Below are positions 45,394 to 54,152 of a stretch of DNA of 64,000 nucleotides, piece after piece. The stretch is from positions 1,354 to 65,353 of the forward strand of contig QGNQ01000008.1 in the NCBI GenBank assembly GCA_003228175.2. Reading direction: 5' to 3'. This DNA comes from Chloroflexota bacterium. Lineage in GTDB: Bacteria > Chloroflexota > Dehalococcoidia > Bin125. The translations under genes were made by a program, and so were the position numbers. Position 1 is the first letter of the stretch, and the number at the start of each line of letters is the position of its first letter. The notes under the pieces are model-generated. The model was not told the origin of the DNA. It did not search any database and was given only the letters and a program-made list of their open reading frames with translations.

Positions 45394-46191
45394 ATGGCCA
45401 CCGAAGTCACAATGAAAGAGCTGCTGGAGGCCGGAGTCCACTTCGGCCACCAGACACGACGCTGGAACCCGAAGATGGCGCCGTTCATCTTCGCCCCCCG
45501 CAACGGGATTCACATCCTTGATCTCGGGCAGACGGTGGACCGTCTGGAAGTCGCCGCCGCCTTCGTGCGCGAAACCACCGCCAACGGCGGCGAGATCCTC
45601 TTCGTCGGCACCAAAAAGCAGGCCCAAGACGTCGTCCAGTCCGAGGCCCAGCGCGCCGAGATGCCATTCGTCATCAATCGCTGGCTCGGCGGCACGCTCA
45701 CCAACTGGCAGACCATCAGCGCGCGCATTGAGTACATGCTGCGCCTGGAACATCAAGAAGAGGTCGGCGACTGGGACGCCCTGCCCAAGAAGGAGGGGCT
45801 GCGCCACCGCGATCAGCTGACCAAGCTCCATCGCTATGTCGGCGGCCTGCGCGACATGAACGGCCTGCCCGCCGCCATGTTCATCGTCGATGTGCCCAAA
45901 GAGGCCATCGCCGTCAAGGAAGCGCAGCGCCTCAACATCCCCATCGTCGCCATGTGCGACACCAACTGCGACCCCAGCGGCATCCCCTACCCGATCCCCT
46001 CCAACGACGATGCGATTCGCGCCATTCGCCTGATCGCCGGCCGCATCGCGACCGCCGCCGCTGAGGGCATGGCCGTACGCGAGAGCCTGCGCGTCGAGGC
46101 GCGGGCACAAGCCGGCGAGCCCCCGCAAGCACCCCCGCCGGCGCCCATCGTTGAGGCAAGCGCCACTCCCCCGGCCCCGGTTCAGGCCTAG
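45394..46191 (+). CDS. rpsB: 30S ribosomal protein S2
   Basis: MKELLEAGVHFGHQTRRWNPKM..ILFVGTKKQA..NRWLGGTLTN; start at ATG 45394 after a GGAG. Confidence 0.95.
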   Translation: MATEVTMKELLEAGVHFGHQTRRWNPKMAPFIFAPRNGIHILDLGQTVDRLEVAAAFVRETTANGGEILFVGTKKQAQDVVQSEAQRAEMPFVINRWLGGTLTNWQTISARIEYMLRLEHQEEVGDWDALPKKEGLRHRDQLTKLHRYVGGLRDMNGLPAAMFIVDVPKEAIAVKEAQRLNIPIVAMCDTNCDPSGIPYPIPSNDDAIRAIRLIAGRIATAAAEGMAVRESLRVEARAQAGEPPQAPPPAPIVEASATPPAPVQA

Positions 46192-46256
46192 CCGATCCGG
46201 CGAGCCCCCTCCCCGGCCCCACGCTGGCACGCGCGGCCGGCCCGAAAGGATCCCCC

Positions 46257-46757
46257 GTGACCGCCACCGTCGACGACATCAAGGCCCTGCGCGAAGCCAC
46301 CGGCGCCGGCGTCATGGACTGCCGCACCGCCCTCGACGAAGCGGGCGGCGATATCGACAAAGCCCGCGAACTCCTGCGTGAAAAGGGCCTCCAGACCGCC
46401 GCCAAACGCGCCGACCGCGACGCCGCCGAGGGCGTCGTCGCGTCCTACCTGCACGGCGGCCGCATCGGCGCCATGCTGGAACTCAACTGCGAAACGGACT
46501 TCGTCGCCCGCACCGATATCTTCAAAACCCTCGCGCACGACATTGCCATGCAGATCGCCTCCATGGCCCCGCAGGTCATCCAGGCCGCAGACCTGCCCGC
46601 GGACGACCAAGGTAGCCCCGCCGAGCTCGCACTGCTCGCCCAGCCCTTCATCAAAGACCCCAGCAAAACCATCCAAGATCTCATCAACGAAGCGGTCTCC
46701 AGTACCGGCGAGAAGATCGCCGTACGCCGCTTCTCCCGCTTCGAGCTAGGCGCATAG
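46257..46757 (+). CDS. tsf: Elongation factor Ts (short form, 166 aa)
   Basis: IKALREATGAGVMDCRTALDEAGGDIDKA..LREKG..AAEG..ELNCETDFVAR. Confidence 0.9.
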   Translation: MTATVDDIKALREATGAGVMDCRTALDEAGGDIDKARELLREKGLQTAAKRADRDAAEGVVASYLHGGRIGAMLELNCETDFVARTDIFKTLAHDIAMQIASMAPQVIQAADLPADDQGSPAELALLAQPFIKDPSKTIQDLINEAVSSTGEKIAVRRFSRFELGA

Positions 46758-46790
46758 GCGGCCTCAGCACCGCGCGAAGGAGGAAACGTC

Positions 46791-47531
46791 ACGGGTGAGC
46801 GCGTCCTGATCAAGATCAGCGGCGAAGCCCTCCTCGGTGGGCGTTCCTTCGGCATGGATCCCGACACCCTGCGTGATATCGCCAAGCAAGTCGGCCGCCT
46901 GCGCGCCCAAGGCGTGGAAGTCGCCCTCGTCATCGGCGGCGGCAACCTCTTCCGCGGACGCACCGCCGCCGAAGCGGGCATGGACCGCGCCACCGCCGAC
47001 TACGCCGGCATGCTCGCCACCGTCATCAACGGCCTCGCCCTGCAAGACGCCCTGGAGCGCGAAGGCCTGGAAGTGCGGACCATGTCCGCCGTCGCCCTCG
47101 CGGAAGTGGCTGAGCCCTACATCCGGCGTCGCGCCATCCGCCACCTGGAGAAGGGCCGCGTCGTCCTCTTCGTCGCCGGCACCGGCAACCCCTACGTCAC
47201 CACAGACACCGCCGCCGCCCTGCGAGGCGTGGAGATCGACGCCGCCCGCCTGCTCATGGCCAAAAACGGCGTCAACGGCGTCTACACCGCGGACCCCGCC
47301 CTCGATCCGCAGGCCAAGCGCTACGCCACCATCTCCTACCGCGACGCCATCGCCCAAAACCTCGGCGTCGTCATGGACACCGCCGCCCTCTCGCTCTGTG
47401 AAGAGAACGACCTGCCCATCTTGGTCTTTGATATCGCCCCCGCGGACGCTATCGTGCAGGCCGTCATGGGCGGCTCCGTTGGTACGCTCGTTGGGCCGGA
47501 GGCCACGCGCCTCGCCGGCGCCGCCGAGTAA
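46791..47531 (+). CDS. pyrH: UMP kinase (start codon unresolved)
   Basis: Conserved N-terminus ERVLIKISGEALLG is encoded at 46797-46838, upstream of the first in-frame ATG (46854). No ATG/GTG/TTG lies in frame between the TAG at 46755 and 46854. GGAGGA SD at 46779-46784. Confidence 0.85.
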   Translation, partial: TGERVLIKISGEALLGGRSFGMDPDTLRDIAKQVGRLRAQGVEVALVIGGGNLFRGRTAAEAGMDRATADYAGMLATVINGLALQDALEREGLEVRTMSAVALAEVAEPYIRRRAIRHLEKGRVVLFVAGTGNPYVTTDTAAALRGVEIDAARLLMAKNGVNGVYTADPALDPQAKRYATISYRDAIAQNLGVVMDTAALSLCEENDLPILVFDIAPADAIVQAVMGGSVGTLVGPEATRLAGAAE

Positions 47532-47563
47532 CCGCCAGCCGGCGGGCAAAGGACCGCAGCATC

Positions 47564-48136
47564 ATGCCCGACGACGACCTCACACAACTCGCGCTCGACG
47601 AAGCCCGCACGCGCATGCAAAAGACGATCACCTCCCACCGGCGCGACCTGGACTCCGTGCGCACCGGCCGCGCCCAGCCCTCACTCGTGGATGCCCTACC
47701 CATCAACTACTACGGCGCCCCCACCCCGCTCAACCAACTCGCCTCCATCAGCGCGCCGGAGGCGCGCCTGCTCGTCATCCAGCCCTGGGACAAAAACGCC
47801 TTCGACCCGATCGCCAAATCCATCCAGCTGTCCGACCTGGGCCTCAACCCGCAGAGCGACGGCATCGTGATCCGCCTCGTGATCCCAGAGTTGACCGAAG
47901 ATCGACGCAAGCAACTCGTCAAGCAGGTCGCCCAAAAGAACGAAGCCGCCCGCGTCGCGCTGCGCAACATCCGGCGCGACACCCAAGACGAGCTGCGCAC
48001 CATGGTCAAAGACAAGGACATCTCGCAGGACGAAGAGCGCCGCGCACACGACCAACTGGACAAAATCGCGCACGGCTTCAGCAGCAAGATCGACGAGGAA
48101 GGCGCTGCCAAGGAGCGCGAGCTCTTGGAGGTCTGA
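47564..48136 (+). CDS. frr: Ribosome recycling factor
   Basis: ..LDSVRTGRAQPSLVD..ISAPEARLLVIQPWD..LGLNPQSDG..IP.LTEDRRK. Confidence 0.93.
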   Translation: MPDDDLTQLALDEARTRMQKTITSHRRDLDSVRTGRAQPSLVDALPINYYGAPTPLNQLASISAPEARLLVIQPWDKNAFDPIAKSIQLSDLGLNPQSDGIVIRLVIPELTEDRRKQLVKQVAQKNEAARVALRNIRRDTQDELRTMVKDKDISQDEERRAHDQLDKIAHGFSSKIDEEGAAKERELLEV

Positions 48137-48138
48137 GC

Positions 48139-48897
48139 GTGGTCGTCGCCCCGGACCGCCGGACTGAAAACGTACCCCGGCACGTCGCCGTGATCATGGA
48201 CGCCAACGGCCGCTGGGCGGAGGATCGCGGCCTCCCGCGCCTTGAAGGCCACACCGCCGGCACCGAAAACATCCGCGAGATCATCCGCCTCTTCGGCGAA
48301 CGCGGCGTACACGTGCTCACGCTCTACGCCTTCTCCACAGAGAACTGGCGCCGCCCCCCGGACGAGGTCAGCGGCCTCATGCACATCCTCTCCCAGGTCA
48401 TTGAGCGGGAACTGCAACCCCTGCACGAAGCAGGCGTCCAACTGCGCTACATCGGCCAACTGGAAGTACTGGAGCCGGAACTGCGCACGCAGATCGAAGG
48501 CGCCGTCGCCCGCACCGCCGCCAATACGGAAATGACCGTCTGCGTCGCCTTCAACTACGGCGGCCGCTCTGAGGTCGTCGATGCGATCCGCGCCATCGTC
48601 GACTCCGGCGTCCCCGCCGACGCCATCGACGAGGATCTCGTCGCACGCCACCTCTACACCCATGGCCTGCCCGACCCAGACCTGATCATCCGCACCGGCG
48701 GACAGCAGCGGCTCTCCAATTTCCTCATCTGGCAGGCCGCCTACGCGGAGTACTACTTCACCGACACTTACTGGCCCGACTTCCGCGAGGCCGACGTTGA
48801 CGAAGCGCTGGAGGCCTACGCCCAGCGCATACGCAAGTTCGGCGGCCTGGAATCGCGCGCCCGCACCGGTGAAACCGCCGGCGGACAGATCGGCTAG
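48139..48897 (+). CDS. uppS: Di-trans,poly-cis-undecaprenyl-diphosphate synthase
   Basis: PRHVAVIMDANGRWA..GH..G..LTLYAFSTENWRRP..IRTGGQQRLSNFLIWQ; GTG 48139 lies 2 nt after the frr stop. Confidence 0.9.
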   Translation: MVVAPDRRTENVPRHVAVIMDANGRWAEDRGLPRLEGHTAGTENIREIIRLFGERGVHVLTLYAFSTENWRRPPDEVSGLMHILSQVIERELQPLHEAGVQLRYIGQLEVLEPELRTQIEGAVARTAANTEMTVCVAFNYGGRSEVVDAIRAIVDSGVPADAIDEDLVARHLYTHGLPDPDLIIRTGGQQRLSNFLIWQAAYAEYYFTDTYWPDFREADVDEALEAYAQRIRKFGGLESRARTGETAGGQIG

Positions 48898-48898
48898 C

Positions 48899-49831
48899 GT
48901 GAGCCCGCCCCCCGCCCCCCCATCGGAACCCACCCCGTCCAACAGCCCCACCCTCGCGGCCCAACTCTCGCCTCGAGCGCTACGGCACAACCCCCTCGCC
49001 CAGCGCATCCTCAGCGGCGTCGTCGTCCTGCCCATCATCATCGTCCTCATCATCGAAGGCGGCCCCGGGCTGGCGGCGCTCGTCTCCCTCGTGCTCGCCG
49101 TCGCCGTGCTGGAGTTTGGCCTCGGCATGCGACTCACCCGAGACGACCCCGTGCTCTGGCTCGCCCTGGCCGGCGCCGTCGCGATGACCGCCGCCACCCT
49201 CACCAACGACATCCCCACGCATTGGCCCCTCACCGCCGCCATCGCCGCCATCGTCGCGACCCCCGTGCTGCAGCAATTCGTCCGCGAGTGGGGCCAGCCC
49301 CCCAACGACGGCTCCGACCCCATTCCCTTCGCCGCGCTCTATGAGCGCACCGCCGCGGGCCTCGTCGCGCTCACCTACGTCGGCTGGCTGGGCAGCTTCT
49401 TCCTGCTCCTTCGCCAACTCCCCCAGGGCGAAGAGTGGCTCCTGCTCGCCGTCTTCGCCGGCATGGCCACCGACACCGGCGCATTCGTCGTCGGCAAGCT
49501 CATCGGCCGCCGCCCCATGGCGCCCCGGATCAGCCCGCGAAAAACCGTCGAGGGGGGGATCGGCGGGCTCGTCGCCGGCTTCGCCGCCGTGCTCCTCATC
49601 AACCTTCTGCCGGACCTGGAAGTCGCCGTTTGGAAGATGGTCCTGCTCGGCATCGCCGTGCCGCTCATGGCCACCGCCGGCGATCTCAGCGAGTCCGTAA
49701 TCAAGCGCGCCTTGGACGTCAAGGACTTCTCGAAGCTCGTGCCCGGACACGGCGGCGTGCTCGACCGACTCGACAGCCTGCTCTTCGTCGTCCCGACCGT
49801 ATACTTCTTCGTGCGATGGATCGTCCTCTGA
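48899..49831 (+). CDS. cdsA: Phosphatidate cytidylyltransferase
   Basis: ..SPRKTVEGGIGG..AGDLSESVIKRALDVKDFSKLVPGHGGVLDRLDS; GTG 48899 directly after the uppS stop. Confidence 0.88.
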   Translation: MSPPPAPPSEPTPSNSPTLAAQLSPRALRHNPLAQRILSGVVVLPIIIVLIIEGGPGLAALVSLVLAVAVLEFGLGMRLTRDDPVLWLALAGAVAMTAATLTNDIPTHWPLTAAIAAIVATPVLQQFVREWGQPPNDGSDPIPFAALYERTAAGLVALTYVGWLGSFFLLLRQLPQGEEWLLLAVFAGMATDTGAFVVGKLIGRRPMAPRISPRKTVEGGIGGLVAGFAAVLLINLLPDLEVAVWKMVLLGIAVPLMATAGDLSESVIKRALDVKDFSKLVPGHGGVLDRLDSLLFVVPTVYFFVRWIVL

Positions 49832-51006
49832 CCCCTCCCGCCGCGAACGCCGACCCGCCGATCCGGCTCGTCCTCCTGGGCAGCACCGGCAGCGTCGGCA
49901 CGCAGACCATCGACGTCATCCAGGCCATGCCGGATCGCTTCCAAGTCCTGGGCCTGGCCGCCGGGCGCAACCTTGACCTCCTGGCCCAGCAATCGGCCGC
50001 GCTGCGACCCCAAATGATCTGGGCCCACGAGGGGCCGTCAGAGCGGCTCCGCCAGATCGCCGACGCCTGCGGCGCCGAAATCGTCCCCATGGACCAGATG
50101 GCCGCACACCCCACCCTCGACGTCCTCGTCGTCGGCACCGCCGGACGCGCCGGCCTGGAGCCCACCCTGACCGCCTTGCAGCGCGGCCGCGCCGTCGCCC
50201 TCGCCAACAAGGAGGTCGTCGTCATGGCCGGCCACCTGGTGCGCGCCGCCGCCGATCAGGGCGGCGGCCAATTGCGCCCCGTCGACTCGGAGCACAGCGC
50301 CATCTGGCAGTGCCTCTGGGGTGAGGAAGGCAACGAGATCCGTCGAATCTTATTAACAGCGTCGGGTGGCGCACTTCGCGACCTCCCAACCGACGCGCTC
50401 GCCGCCGTCACGCCGGCCCAGGCGCTTCGCCATCCCACCTGGAACATGGGGGCCAAGATCACGATCGACAGTGCCTCGCTCGTCAACAAGGGCATGGAGA
50501 CCATCGAAGCCCGATGGCTCTTCGACGTCCCCTACGAGCGCGTCGAAGTCGTGCAGCACCCCGAGTCCATTGTCCACTCACTCGTCGAAATGGGCGACGG
50601 CTCCGTCAAAGCGCAGCTCGGCAACCCAGACATGCGACTGCCCATCCAGTGCGCCCTGACCTATCCCAAGCGCTTGCAGCCAACCGTCGCGCCGCTCGAT
50701 CTCGCCGCGCTCGGCGCGCTCCATTTCTCCACACCCGACCTCGATCGATACCCCGGCCTGCGCCTCTGCCAAGAGGCGGGCCGTCGCGGCGGCACGTATC
50801 CCTGCGTCATGGCCGCCGCCGATGAACTCGCCGTGGCCGCCTTCATGCAGGACCACATCCCCTTCACCGCCATCCCAGAGGTGATTGAGGCCGCCCTCAC
50901 CGCCCACCGCGGCGCCGACAACCCCGACCTCGAAACGATCGACGCGGCCGACGCCTGGGCGCGCAGCTTCACCCAGCGGCACATCACAGAGCGGATGCTC
51001 GTCTAA
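49816..51006 (+). CDS. dxr: 1-deoxy-D-xylulose 5-phosphate reductoisomerase
   Basis: LVLLGSTGSVGTQT..LANKEVVV..PVDSEHSAIWQCL..LTASGGALRD..HPTWNMGAKITIDSA. Confidence 0.93.
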   Translation: MDRPLTPPAANADPPIRLVLLGSTGSVGTQTIDVIQAMPDRFQVLGLAAGRNLDLLAQQSAALRPQMIWAHEGPSERLRQIADACGAEIVPMDQMAAHPTLDVLVVGTAGRAGLEPTLTALQRGRAVALANKEVVVMAGHLVRAAADQGGGQLRPVDSEHSAIWQCLWGEEGNEIRRILLTASGGALRDLPTDALAAVTPAQALRHPTWNMGAKITIDSASLVNKGMETIEARWLFDVPYERVEVVQHPESIVHSLVEMGDGSVKAQLGNPDMRLPIQCALTYPKRLQPTVAPLDLAALGALHFSTPDLDRYPGLRLCQEAGRRGGTYPCVMAAADELAVAAFMQDHIPFTAIPEVIEAALTAHRGADNPDLETIDAADAWARSFTQRHITERMLV

Positions 51007-52730
51007 TGCTCCTCCTTGACACGGTCCTCCCCTTCGTCGGCGTGCTCGTGGGCCTGATCCTGATCCATGAGGCGGGGCACTACGTCACCGCCAAGCTGGC
51101 CGGCGTTCGCGTCGAGGAGTTCGGCGTCGGCTTCCCACCCCGCGCCAAGGGCAAGCGCATCGGCGAGACCATCTACTCGATCAACTGGCTCCCCCTGGGC
51201 GGCTTCGTCAAGCTCACCGGCGAGGAGAGCTCCCGCGTCTTCATCGCTGACATCAACCGCCACGGCGCCGCCGACGCCGCCGGCCTGCGCGCGCGCGATG
51301 TCATCACCGCCGTCGCCGGCGAGCCCGTCCACAACGAGACCGAACTCGCCGCCGTGCTCGCCGCTGAGGCCCACAGCGGCGTCATCACACTCACCATCGA
51401 GCGCGAAGTCACCACCGGAAACGGGATCGCGCTGGAAGCCTTCGAGTACGACCTAGAGGTCGTGCCCGGCCGCAGCGAAGCGGAGGCCGCTGACGCCGAC
51501 GCCGACGACCGCGCCGACGCCGACGCCCCGGAATCAGCGCAGGCCACCATTGGCCGCATCGCCGGTGTGCAGGTGGGCGCAGACCCGCGTTCATTCGGCT
51601 CCCGCGCGCCCCTCACCCGCATCGGCATCCTCGCCGCCGGAGCCCTCGTCAACCTGGCGCTGCCAATCCTGCTCTTCGCGATCGCCGCCATCATCCCGCA
51701 GGACCGGGCCGCGGGACCCGCCGTCGTCACCTCCGTCGTGCGCGGCGGTCCCGCCGACATGGCCGGATTCGAGGCCGGCGACCGCGTCCTCAGCGTGGAT
51801 GGCGTCGAAACGGAGAACCGTGGCGACGTGGGTCTCCAGATCCGCCTCAACCTCAACGAGAACATCGAAGTCGTGCTGGAGCGCGACACGGTGGCGGAGA
51901 GCACTACCCAACAGCCCGCCGTCGCCAGCACTGAGACCATCGTCACGCACCTCAAACCGCGCCTCGCTCCGCCCACGCTCCTGCACACCGTGCAGGAAGG
52001 CGAGACCGTCCATGACGTCGGGGAGATCCTGGGCGTCAACGCCAGCCAAGTACTGGATGGCGCCGGCTTCGGCGGCGGAGTCGAGCTCGACGAGGGCCTC
52101 GTCCTGGCCCTGCCCGGCGAGACCTATGTCGTCCAGGAGGGGGACACGGCCTTCTCCGTCGCGCGCGACTTCGGCCTGCGCCAGCAGACCGTGCTCGACG
52201 CCGCCAGCATCGACCTGATCAATCTGGAGCCCGGCCTGCGAGTCGCCGTCCCGCAGGGCCCCACCGGCATCACCATCGCCAATGGCAGCTTCACCGTCGT
52301 CAAAGACGGCGAGGGCGTCTTCGGCGCCTTCAGCACCGGCTTCGAGCGCACGCGTGACACCTTCATCCTCTCCTACAACGCGATTCGCAGCTGGCTCGCC
52401 GGCGGCGAGGAATTGCAAGTCAACGGCCCCATTGGACTGGCACAGGGCACGGGCGAAGTCGTTCGCGACGCCGGCTGGATCCGCCTGATTGAGCTCGCCG
52501 CCCTGATCAGCATCAGCCTGGGCATCATGAACCTGCTGCCCATCCCCGGCCTCGACGGCGGCCGCATCGTCTTCGTCCTGATCGAAATCCTGCGACGCGG
52601 CAAGCGCATCTCGCCCGAGAAAGAAGGCCTGGTGCACCTCACCGGCTTCGCCCTCCTGATCACCGCCGCCATCGTCATCGGCTACTTCGACGTCGTCCGC
52701 GTGATCGACGGCGAATCCGTCCTCCGCTAG
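51006..52730 (+). CDS. rseP: RseP/RIP-type site-2 metalloprotease (M50) with PDZ regions and two LysM-like inserts
   Basis: HEAGHYVTAK (HExxH), ..NLLPIPGLDGG (second metal/NPDG-like motif); 574 aa versus about 350-450 typical. Confidence 0.85.
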   Translation: MLLLDTVLPFVGVLVGLILIHEAGHYVTAKLAGVRVEEFGVGFPPRAKGKRIGETIYSINWLPLGGFVKLTGEESSRVFIADINRHGAADAAGLRARDVITAVAGEPVHNETELAAVLAAEAHSGVITLTIEREVTTGNGIALEAFEYDLEVVPGRSEAEAADADADDRADADAPESAQATIGRIAGVQVGADPRSFGSRAPLTRIGILAAGALVNLALPILLFAIAAIIPQDRAAGPAVVTSVVRGGPADMAGFEAGDRVLSVDGVETENRGDVGLQIRLNLNENIEVVLERDTVAESTTQQPAVASTETIVTHLKPRLAPPTLLHTVQEGETVHDVGEILGVNASQVLDGAGFGGGVELDEGLVLALPGETYVVQEGDTAFSVARDFGLRQQTVLDAASIDLINLEPGLRVAVPQGPTGITIANGSFTVVKDGEGVFGAFSTGFERTRDTFILSYNAIRSWLAGGEELQVNGPIGLAQGTGEVVRDAGWIRLIELAALISISLGIMNLLPIPGLDGGRIVFVLIEILRRGKRISPEKEGLVHLTGFALLITAAIVIGYFDVVRVIDGESVLR

Positions 52731-52740
52731 TCGGCCTGCT

Positions 52741-52798
52741 TCATTCGGCCGATTTCATTAATCCGATCGCGCCCGCAAGCAACGCGCGAGATGCCGGT
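52741..52798. repeat. Left copy of a 58-bp imperfect direct repeat (53/58 identical to 54095..54152)
   Basis: tcattcggccgatttcattaatccgatcgcgcccgcaagcaacgcgcgagatgccggt aligned by eye to the right copy. Confidence 0.85.
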
Positions 52799-52817
52799 AG
52801 ACTCTGTACCAGTAGGG

Positions 52818-52856
52818 TTGACAATCCGCCGTCCGTGGTACATACCATGTACCACA
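52818..52856 (+). promoter_or_regulatory. TTGACA hexamer followed by the palindrome GTGGTACAT-ACC-ATGTACCAC upstream of ORF 52879
   Basis: TTGACA at 52818-52823; 9-bp exact inverted arms at 52836-52844 and 52848-52856. Confidence 0.4.
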
Positions 52857-52878
52857 GGGTCCAGAGCAAAAGGGCACG

Positions 52879-53199
52879 ATGTTCTACGTGAAGTTCCTGG
52901 TCCCGGTCACCGACAAGGCCGGTCAGGCCGTGCGCTCCGAGGCCTGGGATCGCCTGGCCGGGCGCATCCTGGACGTGGTGGGGGGCTTCCAGCAGACCCG
53001 CGTCGTGGCCGGGGCCTGGCGCTCCGACTCGGGGCAGGTCTTCCACGAGGAATCCCGCGAGTACGTGATGGCGCTGGACTCCATGCGGCAGGTGGCGGAC
53101 TTCCTGGCCCTGGTCGATTGGGCGGCGGCCGCGTTCGCGCAGGCGGCGATGTTCGTGGAGGTCGCCGGAATCCCCGAAGTGCTCGCCCCGCCCGGCTAG
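52879..53199 (+). CDS. Hypothetical protein (106 aa), first gene of the repeat-bounded cassette
   Basis: MFYVKFLVPVTDKAGQAV..; coding-like composition; no family recognised. Confidence 0.5.
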   Translation: MFYVKFLVPVTDKAGQAVRSEAWDRLAGRILDVVGGFQQTRVVAGAWRSDSGQVFHEESREYVMALDSMRQVADFLALVDWAAAAFAQAAMFVEVAGIPEVLAPPG

Positions 53200-53258
53200 G
53201 GCGCGGCCGCTACTCTGAACGTGTTGGTACTGATTAAGTTGACTGATCGGACAAGACG

Positions 53259-53822
53259 ATGACGACGACCGCGACCCAGACTGCGCGCACCTACACGCTT
53301 TGCGACGGCGCGGTGCTCGACCTGCAGGGGCTCGACGACGAACAGCGCGCGTACCTCGAGGCCGCGTACCGGCGGGCTTGGCCGGCCATCAACGAAGAGG
53401 ACGCCGGGAAGAGCCGGCGGCGGTGCGAGTGGGGCGACTTCTTCAACGATGTCGTCGGCTCCAAGGGGAGCAATCCCCTGCTGCGCGCGACGCAGGGATT
53501 CGTGACGCGGGAGATCTACGACCACCCCTTCTTCCAAGCGCTCTCCGACCTCGCGACTCGGCTGGGGATGCGGCAGGGGCTGCTGAAGCGGCCGCGCGGG
53601 AAGCGCTGGCTGGTGGACCCGTTCGCCGACGAGTTCGCGCCGGTCTCCGAGATCGCGAGCCGGAAGTCGGTGACGGTGAAGGCCGTCCACAAGGCGATCG
53701 ACCGGGGGGACCTGGTGACGGTGACGGGCGTCCTTGATGGGGCCGGGCCGAAGTCGGGTCTCCTGGTCAGCGCGCGAAGCGCGAAGGCCTGGGCGCCGAA
53801 GCGGGTGAAGGCCGCGAGCTGA
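53259..53822 (+). CDS. Hypothetical protein (187 aa) with a possible C-terminal HTH
   Basis: ..PVSEIASRKSVTVKAVHKAIDRGDL.. resembles an excisionase/MerR-type HTH; otherwise unassigned. Confidence 0.5.
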   Translation: MTTTATQTARTYTLCDGAVLDLQGLDDEQRAYLEAAYRRAWPAINEEDAGKSRRRCEWGDFFNDVVGSKGSNPLLRATQGFVTREIYDHPFFQALSDLATRLGMRQGLLKRPRGKRWLVDPFADEFAPVSEIASRKSVTVKAVHKAIDRGDLVTVTGVLDGAGPKSGLLVSARSAKAWAPKRVKAAS

Positions 53823-54115
53823 TGGGCGTTGGGGATTGCCCGGTGCGTCGGTGCAAGTGGTGCAATGGGAGGCTCGGGAACGGCGAGCGGGTGGCGGTCG
53901 AGGGTGAGACGGTCTGGTACCGAGCCGCCTGCCAGGACTGTAGCCGCCGGACGTCGGTGCAAGCCAGCGAGCTTGAGGATGCGAGCCAGGTACCGACAGG
54001 GCAGCCGTCGCGCTCCGCAAGCTGGAGGCGGAAGCCGCGCCGAAGCTGCTCTAGGCGCGTGTCGCGCTGGTGGTGGGGGCGGTCGTGGGCCGCTTCATTA
54101 GGCCGATTTCATTAA
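53822..54115 (+). CDS. Hypothetical zinc-ribbon-like protein; 3' part doubtful
   Basis: CPVRRCKWCNG..(24 aa)..CQDCSRR. ATGA overlap with the preceding ORF. The Arg/Trp-rich tail after about residue 55 looks non-coding. Confidence 0.3.
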   Translation: MGVGDCPVRRCKWCNGRLGNGERVAVEGETVWYRAACQDCSRRTSVQASELEDASQVPTGQPSRSASWRRKPRRSCSRRVSRWWWGRSWAASLGRFH

Positions 54116-54152
54116 GCCGATCGTGCCCGCAAGCGACGCGCGAGATGCAGGT
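54095..54152. repeat. Right copy of the 58-bp direct repeat
   Basis: tcattaggccgatttcattaagccgatcgtgcccgcaagcgacgcgcgagatgcaggt; covers the last 13 codons or so, plus the stop, of the higA-like remnant. Confidence 0.85.

Noticed and set aside
46837-48897. 686-aa ORF spanning pyrH, frr and uppS.
   Set aside because: Only the last 253 codons (from GTG 48139) are uppS. The upstream part is an out-of-frame read through pyrH and frr.
53977-54054. Alternative frame giving ..DRAAVALRKLEAEAAPKLL* as the true C-terminus of the zinc-ribbon ORF.
   Set aside because: That frame is closed by a TGA at 53974 and has no start. A frameshift is possible but cannot be supported from the sequence alone.
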